A stretch of DNA of 64,000 bases from Candidatus Blackburnbacteria bacterium RIFCSPLOWO2_01_FULL_40_20. GTDB taxonomy: Bacteria; Patescibacteriota; Microgenomatia; UBA8517; UBA10165. The position numbers were made by a program, and so were the translations under genes. Shown here piece by piece: positions 1 through 11,064 of the stretch (the stretch's first letter is position 1; each line of letters starts with the position of its first letter). The stretch covers positions 11,312-75,311 of the forward strand of contig MHCC01000027.1 in the NCBI GenBank assembly GCA_001816475.1, in the 5' to 3' direction. The notes beneath the pieces were generated by a model. It was not told the origin of the DNA. It ran no database searches and saw only the letters and a list, made by a program, of their open reading frames with translations.

Positions 1-2
1 AA

Positions 3-116
3 TTAAAACAAAATGAAAAATATGAAAATTACAGAAGGAGATATGAAGAAATTATTAAAAACTCTTCTTTTTGGCAAAATTATGTTGAGCAATTTCAGTT
101 GGCAAACATTAAATAA
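3..116 (+). CDS. C-terminal end of a B12-dependent radical SAM paralog (5'-truncated by window)
   Basis: Frame reads LKQNEKYENYRRRYEEIIKNSSFWQNYVEQFQL, matching the C-terminus of 4118..5788 (LKQNKKYMEYKNNYKKIIKDSEFWRNYFRQFNL); TAATG overlap with the next gene. Confidence 0.75.
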   Translation, partial: LKQNEKYENYRRRYEEIIKNSSFWQNYVEQFQLANIK

Positions 117-619
117 TGAAGTTTATGTCAATTATAAGCGTAACCAAGACATTGAACAAATATATTCAAAACCCATGCGTAGGCTTACCAGATAAAGTAT
201 TCTATTTCATAAGCAGATTAACACCCTTAGTTAATGTTGATCTCTTAATAAGGGATGAAAAAGGACGTACACTTTTATCTTGGAGAGATGACAAATACAC
301 AGGTAAAGGGTGGCATATTCCAAGCGGTATTGTAAGATTCAAAGAAACCCTAGAGACAAGAGTTAAAAAAGTAGCCAAAACTGAAGCGGACATGGATGTT
401 AAATTTGAGAAAACTCCCATAACAATCAAACAATGTATCCATAACGATCGAGACACCAGAGGTCACTTTATATCAATTTTGTACAAATGTTACTTGCCTA
501 GTACTTTTATACCCCTTAACAAAAATTTATCAAAAAAACAACCACGCTATTTGAAATGGCACATTTCTTGTCCAAAAGATTTGATAAAAGCGCATGATAT
601 GTACAAGGAATTCATATGA
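116..619 (+). CDS. NUDIX hydrolase, GDP-mannose mannosyl hydrolase-like
   Basis: TPLVNVDLLI and WHIPSGIVRFKETL degenerate Nudix box; sugar cluster context. Confidence 0.75.
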   Translation: MKFMSIISVTKTLNKYIQNPCVGLPDKVFYFISRLTPLVNVDLLIRDEKGRTLLSWRDDKYTGKGWHIPSGIVRFKETLETRVKKVAKTEADMDVKFEKTPITIKQCIHNDRDTRGHFISILYKCYLPSTFIPLNKNLSKKQPRYLKWHISCPKDLIKAHDMYKEFI

Positions 620-1653
620 GTAAAGAAAAAATCATTAGCGGACAGTCTCCAGGTGGAGAAAGAGTAAGACTTGCTGAAATCCTCCCTCTGGAAACCCCTT
701 ATGTAGTGCAAATTTTTCCAATTTATGCATGTAATTTAAAATGCAATTATTGCATTTTTCAGTTAAAAAAAACTGGAAGAGGTTTTATCTCCGACAAAGT
801 GAGCATGGGTATCGATTTATACAAGAAATGTATTGAAGACATGACAAAGTTTCCTCAGAAAATCAAAGTGCTTCGTTTCGTTGGAATTGGAGAACCACTC
901 TTGCATAAGAATATTACGGAAATGGTAGAATATGCAGCGTCAAAACGCATCGCAAACACAATTGAAATTATAACTAACGCATCTCTTTTAACTCCTAGAA
1001 TGTCAGATTCGCTTATTAAAGCAGGGCTCACGAGACTAGTCGTATCCATGCAAGGAACTTCTGCAGAAAAATATCAAGAAGTGTGTGGAACTAAAGTAGA
1101 TTTTGACGAGTTACTAAAAAACCTGCTTTATTTCTATAGCAACAAGACCTCAACACATGTATATGTCAAAATTGTAAATAGTGCGATAGAGGGAGAAGAA
1201 GACCAACAGAGATTCTACGATCTTTTTGGAAATCTCTGCGACTCAATGGCTATTGAGCATACCGTGCCTATTCACTCAGGCATAAACTACGAAAAAATAT
1301 TAAGCGGTAACGACGCACAATTTACACAATTCGGTTTACCAGTCTCAGAAGTCAAAATTTGCCCTCAACCTTTTTTTACAATGCAAATTAATCCCGACGG
1401 CAAAGTTGTTCCCTGTTATTCTTTTGAATATCCAAAAATAGTGGGTAATTGCAATATGCAAACGCCTACAGATATCTGGCAAAGCGAGCAATTCCAAAAT
1501 TTCAGAAGAACTATGTTTGAAGGGATCAAAAACGCCAGTGATGTTTGTGCAAATTGCAACATCATCAAATACAGACTTTTCCCAGAAGATGATTTAAGTA
1601 ATGACGCAGAACGACTTAAAAAGTATTATTACAAAGTGCCGCAAAATGAATAG
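616..1653 (+). CDS. Radical SAM/SPASM protein
   Basis: CNLKCNYC motif, GEPLL, C-terminal CPQPF...DGKVVPC...CANC. Confidence 0.9.
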   Translation: MSKEKIISGQSPGGERVRLAEILPLETPYVVQIFPIYACNLKCNYCIFQLKKTGRGFISDKVSMGIDLYKKCIEDMTKFPQKIKVLRFVGIGEPLLHKNITEMVEYAASKRIANTIEIITNASLLTPRMSDSLIKAGLTRLVVSMQGTSAEKYQEVCGTKVDFDELLKNLLYFYSNKTSTHVYVKIVNSAIEGEEDQQRFYDLFGNLCDSMAIEHTVPIHSGINYEKILSGNDAQFTQFGLPVSEVKICPQPFFTMQINPDGKVVPCYSFEYPKIVGNCNMQTPTDIWQSEQFQNFRRTMFEGIKNASDVCANCNIIKYRLFPEDDLSNDAERLKKYYYKVPQNE

Positions 1654-1737
1654 CTTTTGTTATTTAATTTGGATTGCAAGAAGCAAGTAACCACTCTCGG
1701 CCAAAACTTTAAAAATATTAATAGATAAAATGCAGGA

Positions 1738-2673
1738 ATGAAACGTCAAATAGCCATTTTAGGTTCTAGCTCTCATATAGCAAAAGGGTTAATAAACAAC
1801 TTTCTGCGTTATAGGGGCTACAATTTACACCTTTACACACGATCGGCAAACAAAGTTTACTACTTTTTAGGGGGAAGAGGGGAAGATTACAGAATTCACC
1901 AAAGGTACGATGTCTTGATGAATTATAAATATAACGTTTTAATAAACTGTGTCGGGGTCGGAACAGCAAGTAAATTGCAAGGTGATTACACAAAGTATTT
2001 TACAGTTAACGAAGAATATGACAACCTGGCAATTGGCTATTTATGTAAGTATCCCAATGCACTTTATATTAGTTTCAGTAGTGGGGTAGTTTATGGAAAG
2101 GACTATACAAAGCCAGCAAACAAAAATACAACAAATAAAATTCCCGTGAACCAAATTGTCAAGGAAAATTATTACTCGATAGTTAAACTTAATTCTGAAG
2201 CAAAACACAGGTCTTTTGAAAATCTGAGAATTGTGGACCTTAGAATATTCTCTTACTTTAGTAGATTTATCGATCTAACGGACAATTACTTTGTTTGCGA
2301 AATAATAAACTGTATTCTTAATAAGAAAACCTTTATAACTAATGATGCAAACATAACAAGGGACTATATTCACCCCAAGGACCTTTTTTTAATAATCAAG
2401 AAGTGCATAGAAATTGGAAATCTTAATACTGCATTTGATGTGACAAGCGCCAAGTCTGTCAAAAAAAGAGAAATACTTGACTATTTTTCAGAAAATTACG
2501 GTTTGAAGTACAAGATTGTACCTTCTGTAGAAAATGCCAGTCCGACAGGACAGAAGAATATATATTATTCAAAATATAATAAACTAGCCCAATTTGGGTA
2601 TAAACCAGCACTTACCTCAATGGAAACGATTAAACAGGAATCAAGATATATATTGAACAACAGAAAGTCTTAA
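1738..2673 (+). CDS. NAD-dependent epimerase/dehydratase
   Basis: N-terminal Rossmann (ILGSSSHIA), SSGVVYG, YSIVK, RDYIH. Confidence 0.85.
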   Translation: MKRQIAILGSSSHIAKGLINNFLRYRGYNLHLYTRSANKVYYFLGGRGEDYRIHQRYDVLMNYKYNVLINCVGVGTASKLQGDYTKYFTVNEEYDNLAIGYLCKYPNALYISFSSGVVYGKDYTKPANKNTTNKIPVNQIVKENYYSIVKLNSEAKHRSFENLRIVDLRIFSYFSRFIDLTDNYFVCEIINCILNKKTFITNDANITRDYIHPKDLFLIIKKCIEIGNLNTAFDVTSAKSVKKREILDYFSENYGLKYKIVPSVENASPTGQKNIYYSKYNKLAQFGYKPALTSMETIKQESRYILNNRKS

Positions 2674-2678
2674 TAAAA

Positions 2679-4010
2679 ATGGAAAAACCAATCACCCTTA
2701 AGCTTCAAATTCTGGATTTAGTCAAACAATATTCTGAAGTTACATGGCCTGAAAAAAAGTTTGTTGCCGGCAAAACTCCAGTCCCCGTCTCGGGACGTGT
2801 TTTTGATTTTGATGACGTCTCTAGTCTTGCTGATGCCACATTAGACTTTTGGTTAACTACTGGGCGTTTTGCCGCACAATTTGAACAGGATTTTGCAAAA
2901 TTATTGAAGGCAAAATATGCTATTCTTTGCAATTCCGGTTCCTCAGCAAATTTGCTAGCCGTATCATGTTTAACTTCCCAAAAGCTTGGCAAACAACAAC
3001 TCAAAGAAGGAGATGAGATCATTACGCTTGCTGCTGGATTTCCAACAACAGTTAATCCAATTATTCAAAACAGACTAGTCCCGGTCTTTGTTGATATCGA
3101 CATACCGTCATATAACATTAAAGTTGATCTAATCGAAAAAGCCATTGGCGCAAGAACTCGTGCAATAATGATTGCCCACACATTAGGTAACCCGTTTGAT
3201 GTTGATAAAGTCCTGGCAATTGCCAAAAAAAACAATCTTTGGTTAATTGAAGACAATTGTGATGCGTTGGGCTCAACTTACAAGGATCGCCTTACCGGAA
3301 CCTTTGGCGATCTCTCGACCGTCAGTTTTTATCCAGCACACCATATTACGATGGGTGAAGGAGGATGTGTTGTAACAAATCAGCCAAAATTAAAAATCTT
3401 AGTCGAATCTTTCCGTGACTGGGGTAGAAGTTGCTGGTGTAATCCTGGAAAAGATAATACTTGCGGAAAAAGATTTGAGTGGGAACTTGGAACTCTCCCC
3501 TGCGGGTACGATCACAAATATACATACGACCATGTTGGCTATAACCTCAAGTTAACCGATCTTCAAGCAGCAGTTGGAGTAGCTCAACTTAAAAAACTTC
3601 CAAACTTCATAAAAATTCGTAAAGAAAACTGGCAATATCTACGCAAGGGTCTTGAAAATTTACAGGAGTACTTTATTTTACCTGAGCCAACACCTAAAAG
3701 CGATCCAAGCTGGTTTGGATTTGCCATTACTGTTAGACCAGACGCTCCATTCACCAGAAACCAACTAATTCAATACCTTGACAGCAGAAAAATTGGGACA
3801 CGTCTTCTGTTTGGTGGAAATCTAACTCGCCAACCAGCTTATCAAGGACTTAAATATCGAGTCACAGGAAATCTTACAAATACCGATTTTATAGCGAACC
3901 AGACATTCTGGATTGGTGTTTATCCTGGACTCGGGCACAAGCACCTTAATTATGTTCTAGAAATAATTAATAAAATCTGTCTAAAACCCAGTTTCGCATT
4001 ACGCAAATAA
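2679..4010 (+). CDS. rfbH: CDP-4-keto-6-deoxyglucose 3-dehydratase (RfbH/DdhC)
   Basis: [37 protein letters not shown]. Confidence 0.92.
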   Translation: MEKPITLKLQILDLVKQYSEVTWPEKKFVAGKTPVPVSGRVFDFDDVSSLADATLDFWLTTGRFAAQFEQDFAKLLKAKYAILCNSGSSANLLAVSCLTSQKLGKQQLKEGDEIITLAAGFPTTVNPIIQNRLVPVFVDIDIPSYNIKVDLIEKAIGARTRAIMIAHTLGNPFDVDKVLAIAKKNNLWLIEDNCDALGSTYKDRLTGTFGDLSTVSFYPAHHITMGEGGCVVTNQPKLKILVESFRDWGRSCWCNPGKDNTCGKRFEWELGTLPCGYDHKYTYDHVGYNLKLTDLQAAVGVAQLKKLPNFIKIRKENWQYLRKGLENLQEYFILPEPTPKSDPSWFGFAITVRPDAPFTRNQLIQYLDSRKIGTRLLFGGNLTRQPAYQGLKYRVTGNLTNTDFIANQTFWIGVYPGLGHKHLNYVLEIINKICLKPSFALRK

Positions 4011-4117
4011 TAGGAACTCGTAAATATTGTCGCACAACCTTATTTGTGCTAATAAAGTTATAGTTGCTTTTTGCAATGCGCGTAAATACAATAAGTACCT
4101 GCACGGGGTTTGTAATA

Positions 4118-5788
4118 ATGGAAAAAATATTATTTGTTATACCACCATATGTCAGTTTTGACAGTTTTGTAAATCCTGCCTTCAACGACGGAACAACAAC
4201 AAAAAAATCTGGAAAATACAGAAATATTGTTGCCGATTTTCCTATGGGAGTGTTATCTTTAAGCGCTTATTTAAAGAAAAACGCAAACGTAGAAGTAAAA
4301 CTTATCGACTTTAATATTGTTCTAAACAAGCTTGAAAGTTTCGAATATAAATCTTTTTCTGAACTATTCAACGACATCCTTTCGTCAAAAAAATATGTCG
4401 AGTTTGTACCAACCATAATCGGAATATCAACATTATTTACTCCGGCATACTACAACATGTTAGACATTGCAAAAGTTTGCAAAAAGTTATTCTCAAACTC
4501 TTTAATAGTAGCTGGTGGTGGCGTACCTACAAACATGTATAGGGAAATATTTAAGGTTAGCAAAAGTTTTGATGCGCTATGTTTTGGCGAAGGAGAAAAA
4601 CCCATGTTAGACCTAATACAGACAAAGAACAAGTATCTGCATATTAATAATAATCCTTCTTGGATTACTTACAAGAAGATTCGCACCAAAAAATCGTTTC
4701 GACATAATTTTATCATTGATCTTGACGAGATACCATTTTTTGACCTAGATATTATCAAAATAGACGACTATCGATTGACCTCTGTTTTATCAACATTCCC
4801 GCTGGCGAAAGAAAGGATGAAAGGTATGTCTTTTATGACTTCAAGGGGCTGTGTGCATCGTTGTTGCTTCTGTGCATCTCACTCAGTCCATGGGAGACAA
4901 ATGCGATTCCATAGTATTGTCCGAATAGAAAACGATTTAAGAAAATTGAAACGGGACTACGGAATCAAGCTCGTTGTTTTTTTTGACGATCATTTTATGG
5001 CAAACAGAGAGAGGGTTTTTAAGATTGTCAATATTATGAAAAATTTACAGTTGACCGCTTTTTTCCCTGCCTCGCTAACACTTTATGCATTAGATAGAAA
5101 AATGTTAGAAGCTTTAAAAAGCATTGGTCTAAACGAACTCGTTTTGTCAGTAGAATCAGGAAGCGATAAAGTTTTAAGAGAAGTTATGCACAAACCTCTC
5201 AACCTATCTATAGTAAAGCGTGTTATCAAAGATTGCCAAGAATTAGGTATAGATACTGACGTGGCTATTTTAATTGGTCTTCCTGGCGAGACGAAAAAAG
5301 ATATCGAAGACACACGATCGTTCTTAAAAACACTCAATGCAACATGGTTTAGAATTAACATCGCTACACCTCTTGCTGGAAGTGAAATGCTTGAAATATG
5401 CTTAAGAAAAAATTATTTAAAAGGCGATTATATCAGTTGTGATTTTAAAAGACCTGTTATTGGAACCGAAGACTTCACCCCAGAATATATACAAGAAAAA
5501 GCTTATGCGCTAAATCTAGAACTCAATTTCGTAGAAAACAGCGACTTTAAACTTGGAAATTACAAAAAAGCATTAAGGGGATTTGAAAATACAATAAGAG
5601 TAAAAAATGATCATGCATTTGCATATTACTTTGCAGCAAGATGTTGCAAATCGCTGAAGCAAAATAAAAAATATATGGAGTACAAAAACAACTATAAAAA
5701 AATTATAAAAGACTCAGAATTTTGGAGAAACTACTTCAGGCAATTTAACCTGGAACCATTGAGGTATGACCTAACATATCTTAACTAA
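4118..5788 (+). CDS. Cobalamin-binding radical SAM protein
   Basis: PMGVLSLSAYL, GEGE, TSRGCVHRCCFC, GLPGET; ATG at 4118 preferred. Confidence 0.9.
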   Translation: MEKILFVIPPYVSFDSFVNPAFNDGTTTKKSGKYRNIVADFPMGVLSLSAYLKKNANVEVKLIDFNIVLNKLESFEYKSFSELFNDILSSKKYVEFVPTIIGISTLFTPAYYNMLDIAKVCKKLFSNSLIVAGGGVPTNMYREIFKVSKSFDALCFGEGEKPMLDLIQTKNKYLHINNNPSWITYKKIRTKKSFRHNFIIDLDEIPFFDLDIIKIDDYRLTSVLSTFPLAKERMKGMSFMTSRGCVHRCCFCASHSVHGRQMRFHSIVRIENDLRKLKRDYGIKLVVFFDDHFMANRERVFKIVNIMKNLQLTAFFPASLTLYALDRKMLEALKSIGLNELVLSVESGSDKVLREVMHKPLNLSIVKRVIKDCQELGIDTDVAILIGLPGETKKDIEDTRSFLKTLNATWFRINIATPLAGSEMLEICLRKNYLKGDYISCDFKRPVIGTEDFTPEYIQEKAYALNLELNFVENSDFKLGNYKKALRGFENTIRVKNDHAFAYYFAARCCKSLKQNKKYMEYKNNYKKIIKDSEFWRNYFRQFNLEPLRYDLTYLN

Positions 5789-5789
5789 A

Positions 5790-6719
5790 ATGAAATTAAT
5801 CAGCATAGTGACTCCTTGCTATAACGAAGAAGGCAATATTAAAGAAGTTTATTGTCAGGTAAAAGAAGTTTTTAGTAAATTGAAAGCTTATAAATATGAA
5901 CACATTTTTATCGACAATGTATCAAAAGACAAAACATTATCAATTTTAAAAAATATTGCAAATAAAGACAGAAACGTAAAAATAATTGTAAATGCAAAAA
6001 ATTTCGGTGTCTTACGTTCTGGAAATCACGCACTTCTTCAAGCACAAGGCGACGCAGTAATAACAATGGTCGCTGACTTGCAAGATCCGCCTTGGATGAT
6101 TGAGAATTTTATCAAAAAATGGGAAGATGGATACAAAATTGTCGTTGGTATTAAAAAAAAGAGTGAAGAGAATGTGCTAATGTTCCAAGCAAGAAAGCTG
6201 TATTATAGTTTTGTAAGCCGGATTGCCGAAACCGAACACATAAAAAACTTCACAGGATTCGGACTTTATGATAAATCCTTCATAAATATCTTAAGAGGAC
6301 TGAATGATCCATATCCTTACTTCAGAGGGCTTGTTTCAGAATTGGGCTATGAAAGATTTGAGATCAAATACGAACAACCCGTAAGAAAAAGAGGAAAGAC
6401 AAATAATAACATTTATGTCTTATTCGACACCGCAATGCTTGGACTAACTAATCATTCAAAAGTTCCTCTCCGGCTTGCCACGATGACCGGATTCTTCGTA
6501 GCATCACTGTGTCTTCTGACAGCTCTTGGGTATTTTATCTACAAACTCGCATTTTGGAATAGTTTTTCCGTCGGTATGGCGCCACTCGTAATTGGATTAT
6601 TTTTCTTTGCTTCAATTCAACTGTTTTTCCTGGGGATAATAGGGGAATATATCGGGTCAATTCATACGCGAATACTCAATAGACCGCTGGTTATTGAAAA
6701 AGAACGCATAAATTTCTAA
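5790..6719 (+). CDS. GT2 polyprenol-phosphate glycosyltransferase (GtrB-like)
   Basis: SIVTPCYNEE, ADLQDPP, two C-terminal TM helices, GIIGEYIG...RP. Confidence 0.9.
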   Translation: MKLISIVTPCYNEEGNIKEVYCQVKEVFSKLKAYKYEHIFIDNVSKDKTLSILKNIANKDRNVKIIVNAKNFGVLRSGNHALLQAQGDAVITMVADLQDPPWMIENFIKKWEDGYKIVVGIKKKSEENVLMFQARKLYYSFVSRIAETEHIKNFTGFGLYDKSFINILRGLNDPYPYFRGLVSELGYERFEIKYEQPVRKRGKTNNNIYVLFDTAMLGLTNHSKVPLRLATMTGFFVASLCLLTALGYFIYKLAFWNSFSVGMAPLVIGLFFFASIQLFFLGIIGEYIGSIHTRILNRPLVIEKERINF

Positions 6720-6778
6720 AAATCTTCGTTCATCGTTCTTCATTTCCATGATTAAATCGATTAAAATAAACAAGGCTT

Positions 6779-8254
6779 ATGAAAAAGATTATTTTCCAGA
6801 TACTCTTGTTTTTTATATCAATCTCCCCTTTTATTTTATCCAATTATCTTCTGTTCCTTAAAGACCCTCCTATTTGGCCAGATGAGCCTGTTTTTCTCAA
6901 TATGGCCAATAATTTGGTAACAATTGGAAAATTGGCTATGAATATAGTTGGCGACCCCAACGCGGAACAAAGTGGAGGCGGATACCCCCCACTCTATTTT
7001 TATATACTTGGTGTTTGGACTAGCACTTTTGGAAATTCGATAGAAACAGTAAGATCAATGTCGCTTCTCTTAGCCTTTTTTTCACTTCTTGTCTTTTTTC
7101 TACTTGCCAACAAAATATTCAACAATTTTCGTTTGGCTGCAATTGGAACATTTATACTTTCTTTAGATGTCCATTTTTCCCGATCGTCAAGAACCGGCAG
7201 GATGGAAATCCTAACATTTTTTTTCTTTTTACTGTCAATTCTTTTATTACTGTGCGCTCAAAAAAGTAAGAAATTTTTCTGGTATTTGTTTTCTGGATTT
7301 GCCGCGGCACTGGCTACATTGTCACATGCTGCAGGTTTTGTAGCACCCATTGTTTTAATGGTTGGAGAACTAACTGTCCCGGAAAATAACCGCAAAAAAC
7401 TTTGCAAAATATTAATACTTATTATACCAACTGTGCTATTAAATTTAATTTGGATAGTTAGCAAAAAAGGGTCAGTCGATTTTATTGCCTCTGCGTTTTC
7501 AATACAATTCCAAGACAAAGCCTCAAAGATCCCTTATATTTTTGTGCTTTTTCAATCAGATTTTTCTTGGTGTTTGTTGTTTTTGGCTTATGCGACAATA
7601 ATTGCCACATCTTTAATTTTGCTAATAAAATTTTTCAAGCGAGAACATTTATTTATCCTTACTGGATCAATAGTATCAGCAATGTTTGTAATCTTTGGAA
7701 AAGAAGGTGGATATATTATTTATTTACAACCTTTCATTGTTCTAAATATTATCTATGTCCTCACTAAGAGGGTCGAACTAATAAATGAGACTGCAAAAAT
7801 AGGAATAGTTTGCCTTGCTTTAATTGTAATAGTCTCTTATATAAACATACAGTTTTTCAACAACGACAACATCGGTATAACAAGATCTGGTGTCAATTCA
7901 ATTTGGGACAGTAAAAACTACAACTACCACCAGTTTAGCAACGAAATTGCAGAAAAACTACCTAAAAACAAGAATTTAACACTTTTTCTTTCTGCCGCGC
8001 CTGACCCTTATTTTGATTTAGTAAAAAACAGTCAATATAGAATTTACGAAATGGTTTCCCCGTCTGCTCCTCTATCTGATAGCTTATATAAAAAGCTTTT
8101 GGATTCCACAGACTACATCATATTCACCTGGATCCCGCATCAATATTTGGCAGATTATATAAATAAAAACAAAGAAGAGTTCATTCATGTTGGACAAGAA
8201 GATACTTATCAAGCAACAATTGTAAAACTCAAACCGCTAAAAGATCGTATCTAA
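6779..8254 (+). CDS. GT-C (ArnT/PMT family) membrane glycosyltransferase
   Basis: WPDE and YPPLY motifs, many TM segments. Confidence 0.8.
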   Translation: MKKIIFQILLFFISISPFILSNYLLFLKDPPIWPDEPVFLNMANNLVTIGKLAMNIVGDPNAEQSGGGYPPLYFYILGVWTSTFGNSIETVRSMSLLLAFFSLLVFFLLANKIFNNFRLAAIGTFILSLDVHFSRSSRTGRMEILTFFFFLLSILLLLCAQKSKKFFWYLFSGFAAALATLSHAAGFVAPIVLMVGELTVPENNRKKLCKILILIIPTVLLNLIWIVSKKGSVDFIASAFSIQFQDKASKIPYIFVLFQSDFSWCLLFLAYATIIATSLILLIKFFKREHLFILTGSIVSAMFVIFGKEGGYIIYLQPFIVLNIIYVLTKRVELINETAKIGIVCLALIVIVSYINIQFFNNDNIGITRSGVNSIWDSKNYNYHQFSNEIAEKLPKNKNLTLFLSAAPDPYFDLVKNSQYRIYEMVSPSAPLSDSLYKKLLDSTDYIIFTWIPHQYLADYINKNKEEFIHVGQEDTYQATIVKLKPLKDRI

Positions 8255-8296
8255 GCTTCCTTCGAAAACTCAATTCTGGTAAAATTAACAAGCTAC

Positions 8297-8728
8297 ATGA
8301 ATAAAACACTTACTAACAGAATAATTTTTTTGTTGTCAATTTCAGGACTTCTTGTTAGTCTGTATTTGCTCAAGACCTACACTTCCCAATCTGCAATTGC
8401 CTGTTTTAGTGGCGAAGGTTGTGACATTGTCAGAAAAAGTACTTATGCATATCCCCTTGGAATTCCAATGCCAGCAATAGGAATTTTTGGATTTGGCATA
8501 ACGGCTATGTTAAGTTTTTTGATAACTCTAAAACACAAGTTTCACGCGCAATTTGTGCGTGTCCTTTTGTTAATTTCTTTCCTTGGATTCTCGTTCGTGG
8601 TATACTTAACTTCCTTAGAAATTTGGGTAATTAAGGCATTTTGTTCCTGGTGTTTAACTGCGGCAGGTTTACAGTTGCTAATATTCTCACTTTCAATATA
8701 CCTTTTTCTAAATGAATCAAGAAACTAA
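8297..8728 (+). CDS. Vitamin K epoxide reductase family protein
   Basis: C...GCDIVRKS loop, CSWC, 4 TM. Confidence 0.9.
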   Translation: MNKTLTNRIIFLLSISGLLVSLYLLKTYTSQSAIACFSGEGCDIVRKSTYAYPLGIPMPAIGIFGFGITAMLSFLITLKHKFHAQFVRVLLLISFLGFSFVVYLTSLEIWVIKAFCSWCLTAAGLQLLIFSLSIYLFLNESRN

Positions 8729-9332
8729 AGTTTTTATTGGTATCGGCGTAATCACTGTGGCTATATTAATAGGCGCAGTTTTTCTTTTTAGTAAACCACA
8801 AAGTGTACCGCAAGCAGCAGACACAAGGGTTGTACTGGGTGCCCAACAACAATCGGTGGGCCCTGAAAATTCACAGGTTACACTTATTGAGTTTTCAGAC
8901 TTCCAGTGTCCGGCTTGCAAAGCGGCTTGGCCAACAGTTGAAGCGCTTACCAAAGCCTATCCAAACCAACTCAGATTTGTATATCGCCACTTCCCTCTTC
9001 CCCAACACAAATTTGCAAAAGACGCGGCCTACGCCGCAGAAGCTGCGGGGAAACAAGGTAAGTTTTGGGAAATGTCCAACCTTCTTTTTGAAAACCAAGA
9101 AAGTATTTCCCCCGAGCTTTTCCCTAAATTGGCAGACGAACTTAGATTAGACCTAGAGCAATTCAAAAAAGACATGGAAAGTCAAGAAATTAAAGACAAA
9201 GTTGAGGCAGATTTGAATGATGCTCGTACATTAGGTGTAAACTCTACACCCACATTTTATTTGAATGGTACAAAAGTAAACTTGGCAAATTTTGACGACT
9301 TAAAAACACAAGTTGAAAAGTCACTCCGATAA
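8712..9332 (+). CDS. DsbA-family thiol oxidoreductase
   Basis: EFSDFQCPAC, RHFPL, GVNSTPTF. Confidence 0.92.
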   Translation: MNQETKVFIGIGVITVAILIGAVFLFSKPQSVPQAADTRVVLGAQQQSVGPENSQVTLIEFSDFQCPACKAAWPTVEALTKAYPNQLRFVYRHFPLPQHKFAKDAAYAAEAAGKQGKFWEMSNLLFENQESISPELFPKLADELRLDLEQFKKDMESQEIKDKVEADLNDARTLGVNSTPTFYLNGTKVNLANFDDLKTQVEKSLR

Positions 9333-9345
9333 GTTGGTATTAAAT

Positions 9346-10563
9346 ATGTCCCCAAAAATATTAGTACTAGGTGGAGGTTTTGCAGGGGTAAGAGCAGCAC
9401 TTGACCTTTCAAAACTTTTGCCCAATGGCGACATCACCTTAATTTCCAAATCAAGCTACCACTGTTTTGTGCCAGATTTATACGAAATAGCAACAGCAAT
9501 AATTAAAAATGAACATCGTGCGGATTTCAAAAACTTAAGAGGAACTGTAAATATACCCTTGGACGAAATATTTGGAAAAACAAAAGTAAAAGTTATCATA
9601 GATGAGATCAAAAATATTGACTTAGTACGACAGGTTGTAAACACAACAAAAGAAAATCTTGAGTATAACTATTTGGTAATCTGCTTGGGTAGTACAACAA
9701 ACTATAAAAACATCGAGGGTGCACAAAATTTTTCCCATCCCTTTAAAACCACAGAAGATGCTTTAAATATTCGAAACGACATTGATGAGCTGGTTTCCAA
9801 ATCTCCAAGACCAATCGAAGTTGTTATCGCAGGTGGCGGTTTTACTGGTTGTGAGCTATCTGCGGAACTTTCAGGGTTTTTGTCCAAACTCTCAACAACA
9901 CACAAAAAAGGGTTAGGAAAAATAGCAGTCCTTCAATCTAAAGATGCAATTCTATCTGGAATGTCAAAATGGGCGCAAGATGAAGCTTTAAAAAGACTTA
10001 AAAAACTAAAGGTGATAATTTTAACCAATCACAAAATACAAAAAATTACCCAAGCTGAGATTGTTTGCGAGAATCAAGAACGTCTAACTTTTGACTATTT
10101 GATTTGGACAACAGGAATTAAGAGTGCTTTTACCAATATTAATGGAATCAAGTTAAACAATCGTGGACAAATAAAAGTATCCAAAACATTGAATATAGAA
10201 AATTTTCCAGATGTCTTTGCTGTAGGTGATATTGCAGAATTCTGGGATGAAAAAGGAAATGCTCTTGTTCCACAAACAGCCTGGGTAGCAATCGGTCAGG
10301 CAAAAATAGCAGCTCGCAATATAGCTTCTTCATACAACAATCTTAAGTTGAAAAAATATTCGCCACTCAGCCCGGTGTTTATAGTGCCTGTTGGACAAAA
10401 ATTTGCCATATCAAACATGTTTGGTCTAAATACCAAGGGCTTGTTTGTTTGGTTTGCAAGAAGACTTGTCTCGTTAAAGTATCTTACATCTGTGCTCTCA
10501 CCCAACAAGGCGTTATTACTTTGGCTACAAGGTGCAAGAATTTACATTAAAAACGACACTTGA
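9346..10563 (+). CDS. ndh: Type II NADH dehydrogenase-like FAD oxidoreductase
   Basis: LGGGFAG, AGGGFTGCE, VFAVGD. Confidence 0.8.
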   Translation: MSPKILVLGGGFAGVRAALDLSKLLPNGDITLISKSSYHCFVPDLYEIATAIIKNEHRADFKNLRGTVNIPLDEIFGKTKVKVIIDEIKNIDLVRQVVNTTKENLEYNYLVICLGSTTNYKNIEGAQNFSHPFKTTEDALNIRNDIDELVSKSPRPIEVVIAGGGFTGCELSAELSGFLSKLSTTHKKGLGKIAVLQSKDAILSGMSKWAQDEALKRLKKLKVIILTNHKIQKITQAEIVCENQERLTFDYLIWTTGIKSAFTNINGIKLNNRGQIKVSKTLNIENFPDVFAVGDIAEFWDEKGNALVPQTAWVAIGQAKIAARNIASSYNNLKLKKYSPLSPVFIVPVGQKFAISNMFGLNTKGLFVWFARRLVSLKYLTSVLSPNKALLLWLQGARIYIKNDT

Positions 10564-10639
10564 CATGAAGCAACTATATCTAATAGACTATAAGTGGTTA
10601 GTCTTTTGTTCAAGCCTTGGTTCAAAGGCGCATTAAGGT

Positions 10640-10984
10640 TTGTACAGAGACTCCAACGCACCCTTTGGGGACTTGAGCCCCAGGGAAGTAGGAGAATCGG
10701 GATTGTCGACAGTGTTGCTTAACAGAGCTCCCGTTGACCAGGACACAGAGTCCTTCCCACCAGTTCTCCGCAGGTTAAGCTTGGAGGAAGAAAATCTAAG
10801 ACGATGGGGCTGCATAACCCGTAAACACTTGCGAGTCGGTGTCAAGGTTAGCTCGTGCAGATTCCCAGACGAAACCATGACAATGACGATTGTCAAGATT
10901 GATTGGGATGGGTACGTCTACCTGGAAGGTCGAAGTGTGCCGTTTGATCCTATCTTCCTCGAGCTTGTAGTAGTAGAGTCTTGA
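10640..10984 (+). CDS. Hypothetical protein enclosed by complementary 5'/3' arms
   Basis: 114-aa ORF, GC-richer than flanks; arms 10615-10638 and 10979-11002. Confidence 0.5.
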   Translation: MYRDSNAPFGDLSPREVGESGLSTVLLNRAPVDQDTESFPPVLRRLSLEEENLRRWGCITRKHLRVGVKVSSCRFPDETMTMTIVKIDWDGYVYLEGRSVPFDPIFLELVVVES

Positions 10985-11064
10985 TCGCTGCTTGGGGCAA
11001 GGAAAAATCGTCCACTCGGACACCCTTGCCTCAAGTCAATTCTCAATTCAAAACTACGTAGAAG

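Noticed and set aside
13-195. 60-aa ORF in the provided track
   Set aside because: The alternative frame 3..116 matches the B12-rSAM C-terminus and couples to the next gene
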